Assembly: GCA_020891255.1 (NCBI GenBank)
Contig: BQFW01000010.1
Location: 1,426,001-1,490,000 of the forward strand
Length of the DNA: 64,000 bases
Reading direction: 5' to 3'
Source of the DNA: Entomortierella parvispora E1425
Lineage: Eukaryota > Fungi > Mortierellomycota
Shown: positions 22,201-34,452 of the stretch, one piece after another
How the letters are laid out: every line of letters starts with the position of its first letter
Position numbering within the stretch: the first letter of the stretch is position 1
Position numbers and translations under genes: made by a program
Notes under the pieces: generated by a model
Database searches by the model: none
The model's input: only the letters and a program-made list of their open reading frames with translations
Told to the model about the DNA's origin: nothing

Positions 22201-25200
22201 TCGTCCTCATGTTGCTTGGACGCGATCATGATCTCGCTCTCCAGAACAGAGACACGGGTCTTCCAGTCGAGCGTAGCCCGGTCCTGCTCTTCCTTCAGCT
22301 GCTCGATCGTTCTCTCGTGCTCCTGGACCAGAGACTCCAATGCCTGCTTTTCGGAAAGGCGGGTCTCGAGCAGAGACATTGTTTGCTTCAACTCTTGGTT
22401 CAACTGCTCAATTTGCTCGGACTCATTTGGAAGCTCACCCTTCGATGCGACCGAGCTCTGGAGGGATCCTTCAAGTTCATCACGTTCCTTGGTCAAGGAC
22501 AACAGCTCCTGTTCAAGGGTATGAATGCGCTCCGTCATCTCCTTGACCATTTCCTGGCTCTGTGCATGTTGCTGCCTCCATTGGTCCTGCTGAAGCTGCT
22601 CGTCCTCTCGATTCTTCATTGCCTCTCTGGCCAAGGTTTCATGTTCGCGTTTCAGGCCATCTCGACTAGCCTCGGCCTCTTCGCGCCACGTGCGTTCCAG
22701 CTCCAGAAGACGTTGCTTTTCCTTGACTTCTTCCAGAGTCTCCACGAGATCCTGCTTCGAGGCCTCAAGGGCCTGAACCAGATCCCGCTCGGTCGTCTCC
22801 ATAGTCTGGATGGACTCTTGAAGCTGCTTCACCAATGCCTGAGACTCTTTCAGTTCCTTTTCTGTACGCGCAATGGAGTCCTCAAGGATCTGATGGGCTT
22901 TGTGAAGTTCTTCCAAAGCTCTCTCCTTCTCTTGCTTGGCTGCCAGGGCCTCCTGCTCTCGCTCAGAGGCATCTCTGGACTCTTGTTCAGATTTGGAAAT
23001 GGCCTCCTTGAGTTCCAGAATCTCTGACGCAAGGTGTTGCTCGGTTACACTTGTCGAAAGATCAGAAGAAGTGGAAGGCTGACGGATGGACGTGTTTTCG
23101 TTCGTTTCTTCGTCTGAAACGCCCTTCTTTTCCTCTGACGCCTTCTCCAGCTCCAATTCCTTCTTCTTGGCCAAGGCGGAGACTCTCCGTTCTTTCTCCT
23201 CCATCTCTGCGACTTGACTTTGCAGCAAATCCATCTTTTGGACCATGGCCTGGTTCACTTCTAGCTCTTTTTCCAGTCGAGACTGAACCATTTGCAGTTG
23301 CTCCTGGGCCTCCTCTTGTTCCTCGCGCGCCTGGTTCTTTTCCTTGAGGACATTCTCCAGACGGATCATCAGTTCACGAAGAGCTTGGTCCTTGTTCTTG
23401 GTCACCTTGGACGGCTGCTTCTTGTCCTTGACGGCAGACGTGCTAATCGTGGGCATTGTAGAGATGGTCGGCGTGGTCGGGGAGGCGACTGTCGCAAGCG
23501 TAGGGGAAGGCTGCGGTGGCAGTGAAGGGGATGTCGGTGTTGCCATTACAATGGGTGTAGAGGACTGCAGGGTATCAATCAGAGATATCAAGGAAGGTGA
23601 AGGCGACGGGATGGGCGAAGTAGGCGTCGAAGTCACATGAATGTCCATGGAATTGACCTTTATCGAGTCGGTATCCGAGCTGCGTTCCTTTTGGTGCTGC
23701 TGCTTCTGTTGCTCCAGCTGAACGACCAACGCTTCCTTATCAGCCTTCAGCGTGTCGATTTCCTACAGGATTATACCAAAATGAACAGGTCAGTACATCA
23801 GTAATGGCGGACTCATATTCAAAAAAAAAAAAAAAAAACACCATCTGATCAGCCACCCTACCTTCAAATGTGTTGCTATCTGACCCTGTAGACTCTCGAT
23901 TGTCTCCTTTTGCTTGGCGCTCTCCGCCTCGTTCGTCTTGATTGTCGACCTCAACTCATCAGACAACCGTCGGATCTCCTGCATAGACATCTAAAACAAA
24001 GAAAACAAAAACAAAAAAAAATCACTCGTTTAGTCGCCATGAGCTCTTTTTTACTTTTGAATCCAGAGCTGCACATCGTAAGGGAGCAGCAGAATAATAC
24101 CTCACTCTTGGTCGACATGTTTTGCAAATGAGCCTCCAACGCCTCTACATCCGCCATGTCTTCCAGTGCCGTGGTGGCCTTCAAGACCCGTTCCGCCGCC
24201 ATCTTTTCATGTACCAACTTTTTGAAAGCTCTGGCCAAATCTGTGGCGAAACAATAATGAAAAAGGAAGAGAGAAAAAAAAAGTGGTTGTTAGTTTCGAT
24301 CTTCGGTTTTCCAAGTACAAATTGAAGGAGGTCTTGCGGGAAAGTCGATCCATGACAAAGCTTGTCCTTTCTCATCCTTTTTTCCCCCCTTCTCTCCCTC
24401 CAACAAAAGTCCCCACATGCAACATCAGAAACAACAAAAGAAAACAACAATGAAACAAAACAAACAACAAAAAAACGGGTGGTGCGTGCCTCGTTGTCGT
24501 CCGATCTTTGGTAGTCCTTCGCTACTGTTCCTTCGGCTCGAGCCACCGCTCTTCGTTCTTTGTTGCCGCTTTTGCTGTTGCTGATTCTCACCTGGGAACC
24601 TTGTCTCGTATCGCTGCAGGATCTCCAGTTTCTCTACCACCTCTTCCGAGATCTCTGCTCCTGCGCCGCCCATGGAGGTCCGGATCGGTTCATGCGATGC
24701 TCTCGGTGTAGAGGTCGAGCGTCGGATGACAAGTGGATCTTGAAGATCGATCATGGACAAGTGGTCCTCCTGACTGAACAATTGTTCTGCGTCCTCGTCC
24801 TGATCGTCCTCTTCAAATGCGCCTCGATCGCCGCCCTGCTGGCGTCGGGGGTTCTTTTGTTTCCTTTCCGTCCTGTCTTCCAAGGTAAAGATGGCAGCAG
24901 AGGATCCTGTGGTAATCGTTGAGGCAGCAGCTGGACGGGTCCCGCTCGTGGAAGCTCGAGAGCTGCTGGTAGAGGGTCGAGCACTGCTTGTCGAAGGTCG
25001 TCGTCTGTACTCTTCCCGGATCTTGGACAGTCTTGCCGGATCTGCCTTTTCCTCTCTGGGATCTAGAGTCAGCTGTTGAACCAAGGTCACTAGCCGATGA
25101 TGTTGACCGCTCCCACCGCCACTGGACTCGAAGCTAATCAGATCCAAAGAAGCACGATTCTCCACTGCGCCTGTGGTTGTGGCTGATGTTGTTATGGAAG

Positions 25201-25576
25201 AGGAAGAGGATGCTGCGGCAGAGGTCTGTGGGCGTCGGAAAAAAGAGGAGGAGGATGCTCCGCCGACAGCACTGAATCTGGAGGCAAGTGATGATCCTAG
25301 GGCACCGATAGAACCCTGTCGCAGAACCGAAGCTGGAGTGGTACTGGTGGAAGCAGCAGCAGCAGCCGCTGTCGACGACAACGATGAAGACGAAGACGAC
25401 GCAGTTATGGATGTTGGGGAGGTGATGGTAGACCCTGGGTCATGCGTGGAGGTGTCGACCAAAGAGTCTACGGTTGTTCCTGTTGTTATTCCGATGGATC
25501 CTGTGGTGGCACCAGATCGGGTCTCTTGGAGGGTCGAGAGACTGGTGTTGAGCTTTTCCTTGAAGGACGAGAACAT
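19242..25576 (-). CDS. GRIP-domain golgin (long coiled-coil trans-Golgi tether, Imh1/golgin-245-like)
   Basis: MFSSFKEKLN start at 25576, ETRFP...AFKKLVHEKMAAERVLKATT N-terminal block, over 1200 aa of heptad-rich sequence, then C-terminal VNVEYLKNVLLNFMEHKERR|QQLIPVVAEMLKLSTDE (GRIP motif with conserved Tyr). TAA at 19242-19244. Confidence 0.88.
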
Positions 25577-25945
25577 GGCGGGGAGAAGAGCGCGCTGGTT
25601 CGCGTCTGGGTTCCGGTCAGCTGTGTCTCTTGTGTCCGTGAGAGGGAAGGAGGGAGAGGGAGTTCTTCTCTAGGGGGGTTTCTGATGAGGATGATGGGGA
25701 TGATGAGAACGAAGGGGCGAAGAGTGAAGGGAATGAATGGAAACGAGAGAAGGAGAAAAAGACTTAAAAAAAAGGAGAGCACTGGCCCAATGGGTAGGTG
25801 TTTGTTCAACGGGTCGAGTGATGGAGTTCACCCTGTCAGTCTGTCTGTCAGTCAGGCACTGTCGTCAGGCACCACCATCAGCCACTCGGATGAAGAGTTC
25901 TTTTTTTAACCTAGGGATTGAGATGGAGGGAGGAGGAAGATGAGG

Positions 25946-25946
<1 letters not shown>

Positions 25947-26040
<94 letters not shown>
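25947..26040. repeat. (TG)47 microsatellite with degenerate TG/TC extension to about 26090
   Basis: Perfect dinucleotide run of 94 bp. Confidence 0.98.
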
Positions 26041-26041
<1 letters not shown>

Positions 26042-26585
26042 ATGTATGTTGTGTGTCTGTGTCTGTGTTTCTGTCTGTGTGCGTGTGAATTGGAATCGGC
26101 CTGGGGGGCATGTCCGTCAGGGCAGTAAAGAGACAAAGAGTGCACCATTGCATCGACTGTTTGCACGGTTTGCACTGTTTGCACTCCACTCCACTCACCC
26201 CATGCATCCGCCCACGCGCACACCTCCTCGGCCTCTGTCTTTGCTGCCCTGTCTTTCTCTCTCTGTCTGTCTGTCTGTCTCTCTTGCCCCCCTTGCGCCC
26301 AAAGCGCTCTCCTCTCCTCTCCTCTCTCGCTTTGTCCCCGTCCATTTAACCTGTCTTGGTCGCCATCCATCCAGTTGCTTTTGCTCTCGCCCAATATCCC
26401 ACAAATTTCACCTTGGACACTGGCTCTGGCGCCGGGAAATGAACATTATCGCTGCTCTCTGATCCAATGTGCTCTCATCTCTCTTTCTCTTTCACCGCCA
26501 TCTCACCATTCAGTTTCAACAAAAGAGGTTTTAATGGTTCAATTGGTCCTTAACATATGGCTTTTTCTCTAACTTTGGGTACATT

Positions 26586-29500
26586 TCAAGCAAACTTGAC
26601 GAGGACATAGGGGACCTCCACATCCTCGCCATCACGGTCATAGCATACCACCTCCACAGTGAACGCCTTGACGTGAGGAGGCGTGGGCTTTCTAGACACT
26701 GTCTCCACCAAAGTCGAGAACCTATCACACAGAGAAAATAAATAAATAAAAAAAAACGTACAAGGGAGGGTAGGTCCGTCAGCATCCACAATCAACAATC
26801 AACCCCTAAACTTCTTTGAACAGACAACAGTGAAAGCAACACAACCCTCGGAGGGCCAAACTCAACAAAAACTTACTTCATGTCCAAACGCTCATCCTTC
26901 TTGGCCTTGGGCATAAACGAAGTGTACAACATGCTCACACCTGAAGACACCATCGCAATTTCCAACTCGTGCTTCTCCAGGAAGTACTTCAAGAACTCGC
27001 GCAATGTCACATCGCCCTCAATCTCGAATCGATCCCACAGAGTAAACTCGGTCTCATGGTACTTGAACTTTTGAGCCGCAATGGGTTCAGAAAAGCCAAA
27101 GAAGGGCAACGCCAAGTTAACAAATCCGTTCTTGTAGTCGTCAATCTTGGTGCGACCATCAATGATCTTGTAAAGCTCCAAGCACACCAATCCAGTCACC
27201 ATAGCTGTCGTCGTCGCAATGGCGGGGATAATACGACCGGCAATAAACTTGGTACGGTGCTTGTCTGCAGGGTTGATGCCATAGTTGGATGCACGCAAGT
27301 TGGACGTGGCCGTGATAAAGTCAATGTGGAAGTTGGTGTCATCATCCTTCTCAAACTCGACGGGGTGGAGGCGGTATCCTGCCAAGGTCGAGGGTGCAGG
27401 GAGGCTACTGACGAGCTTTTGAAGCTCGGCCTGGTCACTCTCCTCTGTTGGGACGGTCTCGCTCTCTGTGACTTGGATCTTCACGCCAGACTTGGGCTTG
27501 AACTCTGGCACAGACACGGTCGAAAGAACCTGACGGAAGACCTCAGGGTTGGTTTCACCCTTCAAACCATAGTTGAAGGCGTGAAGATTGGCGGCAGCAA
27601 TGATAAACTCCAAGTGGGTGGGGTCATCAATGTTGAAGGTGAGAGGGGTTGGGGGACGCTTGGGTGCACTCCAGAACAAAGTACCGCTCGAGGTGATAGA
27701 GTCCTTGGGGAAGTTGAAGAGGAGCTGCTGAATGTTGTTGTTGAACTGCTCCTCGAACTGAAGGCGAGCCCAGGCAATGCACTCCTCAAAGGTCAATGGC
27801 TTCTTGGAAACAAGGTACTTCTCGATCGTCTTCAAGGTCTCGGCGCTGTTGCCTCTGTCCTTGAGCAATCCTTCGACATAGTTGGGCTGGCTAAGGTAAA
27901 GGTTGGTGTTCTCGGCAGGCTGCTTAAAGAATCCCTCAAAAGCGTCACGGGCCCACTGGATGGTGTGCTCGATGGCGTTGGGGAAGTTCTTCAAGGTGCA
28001 CAGGGGAATTGAAGTCTCTGGGGGATCCTGAGAAGACGAGTAAGACTCCGTGACAAAGGGGACGACAACCTGAACATTTCCTTTGGTGCCAAGGGTTCCC
28101 GACTCCAACAAGGACTTGCGGTAGTAAACGCAGCGTCTATCCATGTACTTGCGGGCATCCAGGTTATCAAGAGCGTTGGTAACACCATCCAAGTTGGCAA
28201 AGAACTCGTCACCATAGACCCTCTCGCTGTCAGCTCCGACACGCTCCTCATATGCAAAAACATGACCAACAGTGGCAGGGTTCATCTTGGCGATCGCATC
28301 GGCGGCCGAGCGAGACTTGAGCTTGCCAACATCCGAGGGTCTGAACAAGAACTGACGGTTCAAGTTACTCTTCTCGATGGTATCCATGTCCGTGACGTGG
28401 ATCTTTCCCTGAGGACCTGTTCCGAGTCCCATCATGGCCCAGTTCTTGAGCATCTCGCAACCAATGGCACCGGCACCGACCAGGAACTCTCTAAAGTTCT
28501 CGATCCTCTGCTGGAACTCCCTTCCAAAAACAGCAATCTGGTTATCGTGGCGAGAGCCAATGGGTTGGCAAGACTCCTCAGTCAAGGTGACAGACTGGGG
28601 CAAAGACTCCAAAGAGTCAAAGTACATCCACTGATGAATAGGGCTGAACTTTCCTGTGCAGGCCTTCAGAACCTCCTGTGCAATAGTTCCTCCGATCACA
28701 GCGACCATAGGGGACAAGTCTCCAACAGCCTGGTAAGAGAGCTCACGAATGAGCTTTTCGTCCAACTCGGCCTAGAAGAGGTACGTGATGATCAGACAAC
28801 TGCGTAAAATCCACTCTTGAAATCTTTCAAGTAACAAAAATGAACAAGACATACCTTCTCGGAGGCTTTATCGTTAATCTCCTTTGCAAGGGCAAAAATG
28901 GCAGTGGCATCCTCCTCGTTTCTTGGACGAGGCTGACGACCGTTCTTCGCAGAGAAGGCATGAAGAGCTTGGAATCCGACGTGGAGCTGGGCAGGACGAT
29001 CAAACTTTCCAAAATCTGTAATCAAGAATTCTGGCTTCTCGATAGACTCCTTAAGGCTCAACTGTAAGAAGTAGGAGAAAAGTGATGAGTGTCATAATCC
29101 AGCACAAAACACACCATCATGACAAATGGAAACCACTTACAAAGTCAATCTGTTTAGGCATCTTGACCTGCTGGAACAGACCTCCGCTGACGTAGGTTCC
29201 CAAGTCACTGGTGTCACCGATCGAGAAGGTATATGGCCCAAGGACCTTGACCTTCCTTGGTGCGCATCCGTTCAGAGTCTCCACGCCCTTGATCTCTACG
29301 AAGGTAACATGATCGCCATCTTCAAGACCGTGGCGGGTCTCATCCAAGCAGGTGACAATGCCCTCCTTGTCGGAAGAGATCTCTGCGACCATTCCTGAAA
29401 GAGCCTCCTCTCCTGTAACATCGACGACTGTGAAGTTCTTGCCAAAGTCGTTGAACGACGAGGCAAAGAGACCGTGAATCTCGGCCGAGATAAAGTGAAT

Positions 29501-30481
29501 GTTGTTTGCGTGCGCAAACTCGTTGATTTGGATCTGCTTCTCTAATGGTGTCTCTGTCATAACAATGACCTAGAACATGAAGGAACGCATAATGAGTCAG
29601 GCTACTCTTTCTCGCCGACTACTGCAGCACCTGCACCTGTGATTGAAAAAAACCCCCCGCATGAAATTGTCGTATTTTGCGTTACCTTGAACTGTGACAA
29701 CTTGTCGGTTGTGAGCTCTCCTTCCAAAACGCGGATAGGCACGTACGCATTCAATTCTGCAAGTCGTGGCCGGGAAACGACATCGCGGGGCTGGCCGATA
29801 TCTTCCTTGGTCAAGAAGAACTAGTACAGTCAAAACACGATGCAGACGCGTGTTAATCATCCATGCTTTATGCAACATGGTCAACGGCTCTAACTGCAAG
29901 TCTCGAAAAAAGGACCGTACCTGGGTTGACAAGTCTGTGAGCTGAACTGGCGCGGGATCATAGAGGGTGACACTCTTGACTCCAGCAAGAACAACGTTCT
30001 TGGCTAGAAAAGTTACAAGAAAAGGGGGTTTTATGTTGGTAAGCCACACTCCAGGTACAAACCAGGGGGAGGAGGGGGGGCATAGCCTCGTGCAAATGGC
30101 TCCTTGTCCCTATTGTCGGCGCCCTGTGGTTCTCGCAGCACAGTGTGGGAACACGCTTTCATTTTTACCAATTTCAATTCCCAGGCCCTTGAGACCAACA
30201 ATGAGAATGTTGGAGGTGCCCATCTTTTTCATGGCTTCGTGTCCAAGGACATATCTAGACGGCAAAGACAGAAAGAGTTAAAGAGCTGTAGATGAAGAAA
30301 AAAAAAAAAAAAGTCGAAAAGATGCATGGGGCGAGTTGATCCGCAGTCGACGAATGCATTGTTCCATCGAGTTCCACGCGCATAGAGCTGCTTGGAGAAG
30401 GAGGACAGTGCAGACAAGAAATACGTACAGCTGGCGCGAGTAGAGACCCTCGTCAATGGCATTTTCCTTTTCGATTTCCAT
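26586..30481 (-). CDS. UBA1: Ubiquitin-activating enzyme E1
   Basis: [11 protein letters not shown] start; [14 protein letters not shown]; [15 protein letters not shown]; [16 protein letters not shown]; [15 protein letters not shown]; PLCTLKNFP (catalytic Cys); [15 protein letters not shown]; [13 protein letters not shown]; C-terminal UFD ending EDVEVPYV. Confidence 0.98.
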
Positions 30482-30721
30482 GGTGAGGTTGTGGTATGAT
30501 TGAGGGGCGAAAGTGGTGAATAAAGAACAATGAATGAGAACAAAGAAGGGAAATGAAGACGGAGAGCAAGAGCGCCCCCGCCCCTGGCAGCATCGAAATT
30601 CGTCACGTGCGATGCGTCACTCTCTTTTTTGGCAGACAGGTGCGTTGTTTCGCTTTCTGTCTGCAGGTTGATGAGAAATGCATTATGGTTGCATCGCCTC
30701 CAGTGTACAGCCATGTCAAGT

Positions 30722-30766
30722 CCAGAGGGACTATTTCCAGAGGGACTACTTCCAGAGCGACTACTA
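30722..30766 (+). repeat. 15-bp tandem repeat x3 (CCAGAGGGACTAYTT-like)
   Basis: CCAGAGGGACTATTT CCAGAGGGACTACTT CCAGAGCGACTACTA, about 240 bp upstream of the UBA1 ATG. Confidence 0.85.
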
Positions 30767-31068
30767 TGCGCTGGAAAGAATCACGCAATCAGAGCTGGAT
30801 TGTCACCACCACGAGGTGCGTTCGAGCTGGACCCCAGCAATAGCGCTCAAGGAGCAGAGAGAAAGTGCATGGACTACTTCATCGGGGCGCTGCACACGGA
30901 TCATACAACACTACAACGCCAGAGGCATGACATTCATCCTCTACTTTCCGCCTGGCAAAGCGTCCAAGATGTTTTTTTGGCACTGATGCAATCAAATTGG
31001 TGGCGTAATTTTATTTTGGCTCTTGTGGGGTTGGAGCAAGAGCAGGCGACTCTCCGCGCGACTGTTCT

Positions 31069-31701
31069 TCAGAATGCAGATTGTGCGACCATGGTCAGTG
31101 TGCGCTGCTTGGTCCGCTCCTTGACCCACTCGGTCGTCTCTCGACGGCGATCATTCCAGATGGTGCGTTCGTTCACATTCGCGGCCGGGAACTCGTCCTT
31201 CTCCATCTTTTGCAGCAAGTACACAATAAACGAATTGCCTTCACCAAACAACAGAGGCCAGTCCTGCAATCGTCCGATGGCCTTCATTCGAAACAGGTAC
31301 TGGAGAACGCCGGCTTCCACGGGAGGTTCCAAACTTAACTCAATCTCGTTACAAAGCTCCCTGGCCACCTCACTTTCCTTGGCCTGCGAAAACAAGTACT
31401 GGAGGGCACCTACGTAATCGACCACTGGTTCAGGGGGTCCTGCAGTGATGGCGGCGGCAAAGCCGGTGTGGTGGTTGTTGTTGCTGTTGTTGCTATTGTT
31501 GTGGATGGTGCTGTTGCTGTCAGAAGGGTCGGGAAAGTTGCTAAAGAGTCCGCTGTTGAGACCAGTGCAACCACTGTTGTTGCTGTTGAATATCAGAGAT
31601 GTCCTGGAATTTTGACCATACTCAAAGGGCAGGTGAGCAGAGTGGTGCAGTCCAACACAATGCGAGGCTGGATCATTGATGTCTGTGAAGGTAAAAGCCA
31701 T
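31069..31701 (-). CDS. Hypothetical protein (~210 aa)
   Basis: MAFTFTD start after a pyrimidine-rich leader; N/S-rich linker, then a globular-looking block VVDYVGALQYLFSQAK...GVLQYLFRMKAIGRLQDWPLLFGEGNSFIVYLLQKM. No family recognised. Confidence 0.5.
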   Translation of the reverse strand: MAFTFTDINDPASHCVGLHHSAHLPFEYGQNSRTSLIFNSNNSGCTGLNSGLFSNFPDPSDSNSTIHNNSNNSNNNHHTGFAAAITAGPPEPVVDYVGALQYLFSQAKESEVARELCNEIELSLEPPVEAGVLQYLFRMKAIGRLQDWPLLFGEGNSFIVYLLQKMEKDEFPAANVNERTIWNDRRRETTEWVKERTKQRTLTMVAQSAF

Positions 31702-34452
31702 TACCGATAGGTGCGCGCCTATCTCACTAGCGCGAGGCGCAAAAAAAAAGAAAAAGAAAAAAGTGACTGTGGAAGGGAACAGGATTACTGCTGTTAGGAA
31801 GGAGTAGCAGCAGCAGGAGGAGGAGGGTTCAAGCAGATCAGAGAAAGAAGTAGCAGGAGAGGAAGACAGGGGTCGTTTTGTTGGCTGACAGATGACGATA
31901 AAGATGATACAAGCAAAGAGGAAACAGAGCGACATCATTCCAGAGCTGCTTATATCCGCTAGGCAGCGTGGCCACCTTCCAAGAAACAGGTGGTTCATCC
32001 CTGGCCTGAATGCACTGTGGTGCCCTAATCATCATATCCCTGCGAGATCGAATCATCTGTGAAAGACCTTCTCTGAAAAGATTGTTTTCTACAGGAGTCT
32101 CTTCTATTTCTATCTGCAGGGATATATTCAGACGAGAACAGACAAAGACGACCGTCAAAGAGCGCGTCGAATTTTGCATCTTTGATGGGGCACTGTCACC
32201 ATGGAGAATCTTGCGTTGGCACGACGCGTCGGCAATCTTTTTGTCCAAATGTTGTTGTTTCTACGACTCCTTTGGTCCCTCTGCCCTCGCCCTTGCTCTG
32301 GCCAGGCACAGAGTCGATCTCAAGGAGACAGGGAAAGCGACAGACCAAATAAAACGAGAGTGTGTTTGTCTGCCTGTTTGTGAACAAAAGAAAGAGAGAA
32401 AAGAGAAGGGGACGAGGAAAGGAGAGAACGGTCTCTCTCCCTGCAGAACGACCCAGGACAACCACCCCCCATGCACAGCCTGTTCCCGACCCCGCAGCGC
32501 AACCATGCAGATCAGATGTCATCGAACTGATCTCCTTGGTCCCTTCCAAGGAACGGGTCCCTGCCACGGTCCCATCTCTGATCCCCTCTTTCCCTCTCCT
32601 TCTCTACCGACCGACCAGCCGACCCTCTCCTGCTTGCTTCTAGTTCACCCCGGTCGACCAGAGAGAAACCAAACAAGTCGAGGCTCAGACCGTTTATCGG
32701 CAGCAACGGAACGGGTTCACAATTGTCGTTGAGTGGACCACTCTCTCGTACTCTTTGATTCCATGTTCCGGTTTGACTGGAAGGGAAGGGATAAAGTCGT
32801 TCGTCCCCTCGCTTGTTTTGGTCTTCTTCCCACCTTCTCTTCCCTTTCCCATCCCCCCATTCGTCGTTACCTTTGTTGCTGTTGGCGCACCCCCTGTGAT
32901 CTTCTTGCTTCTCTCTTCTTTTTGCTCCAGCCTTTGTTACTTCTTTCTGATCAACCCCTGTTTTTTTTGGTTCTCGCGCTCGCCTTCTTTCTCTCCTGCA
33001 CCCGTGCTACGCATTTTACCTCTTTGGACTCAACTATTTGGTCGAGCCCTACATCAGGAATGAAGTCTCTGCAACCGTCAGATCGATGCGGTAGGTTGAT
33101 CATCCATGTCCACCGATTGCCTGTTCACAATGCAAAAAAAAATATCGTTGTCCGTCTTTATTCTGCTACGTCCCCCTGCCGGTTGTTCAGGCAAACCATT
33201 CCCTGCTCTCGCGCGCACGATTTCCCCCCGCCTTGTCCCCTTCTCCTCCACCCTGTCACCCCCTTCGTGAGCATGGTAACCAAACCCCCACTCCGTCCCT
33301 CCCCTTTTTTTTACCTCTTTTTTTCCGTTGCGAATTGGGGAGCTGTTTGGGGTGCCGTGTCCGTGCCTTGCCCTCAGCATCACAAGTGCCTTTTGGAACG
33401 ACGGTCGTCCGATATAATTGGCTTCTTGTCTGGTTCCTTGAGGTGCGCGTCTTTGCTCATCCTTCTATTCGGTTCCCGGATCCGATAAAGAGCAATGATG
33501 GAAAATGATGATGGTGATGATGTTTCTCCAATGCTCTCCCTCCTTTTTTTTTTTTTTTTTTTTTTTGGGCCCTCTGTTCTTTTATTCTTTTTCCCTTGCT
33601 TCCTTGCGTTGTTGCTCCGTGTTGTTGTTGGCTGCTGTTGGCTGAAAGGGCAATTTCTGCTCATGCGTGCGTCTTTTTCCTTCCTAATTGAATGGAGGAA
33701 ACGACGATGCCTTTTGTTCGACCTTTTGACCCCTTGGTGTTGCATCGAACTTCATCAAAACAATAAACAACAACACCATTTTTTTTTGTGCGGGAAACCG
33801 CGCCATCGAGCCTCCTTGTGCCAATGGAAGATATAAAAAAAGGGCGCACTGAGTCGGGACGGTGGGAAACGGTGTGTGGAGAACCGTTTCGTACAACGAC
33901 AGTGGACGCGGTGGGATCGGATCCAAAGGAAGGAGCACAGAGGAAGCATCTAACAAAAGAAACAAGCCTTCTGAGTACCGTTTCCTTGACTCTTTCATTC
34001 GTCATGGACGGTGCATGGCCTTGGATCAAGTACCCTTGGGATTTTTTTTTTTTTCGTATTTATATCGGTTGTGCTTTGCATTCTTCCCTCTCTTTTTTTT
34101 CCTTTTCTTTTCTTTGTTCTCTTTGTATCCTTCGTATCTCCTTTGTTCTCCTTCTCTCAACTGACTTTCTTTGCAACGATCTCCATCCCATCCCTGAACC
34201 CCGGCCCTTTCCTTTCTCTCCTCCACAATCATCTTTGATCTGCCTTCTTATCATCCACGTCTGCTCTCTTTCTTTCTTTCTCTGACTCTTTCACACTCTT
34301 TCTTTGCACCCCTGCCCTTTTTGATCCACCCTCATTTCCACTCTACTAACTTGATCTTCGCCTCACGTTTTATTTTATTCCCATCTACCCTCTTTCAACA
34401 AAAATATCCCTCACCTTTTTGCCACATTCACCTTTACATCGCTCTCTCTGAA

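Noticed and set aside
19591-23640. Long + strand ORFs (265-275 aa) opposite the golgin; similar ones opposite RPL19, UBA1 (347 aa), PP4R1 and BCAT
   Set aside because: Antisense shadows caused by codon bias of the real genes.
25906-26462. TH/CV-repeat ORFs
   Set aside because: Translations of the (TG)n microsatellite.
30629-31417. 262-aa + strand ORF
   Set aside because: Starts at a non-ATG codon, overlaps the more protein-like minus-strand ORF, and has random-like composition.
31800-34400. Numerous F/L/K-rich ORFs
   Set aside because: Products of poly-A/T and CT tracts in a divergent promoter region.
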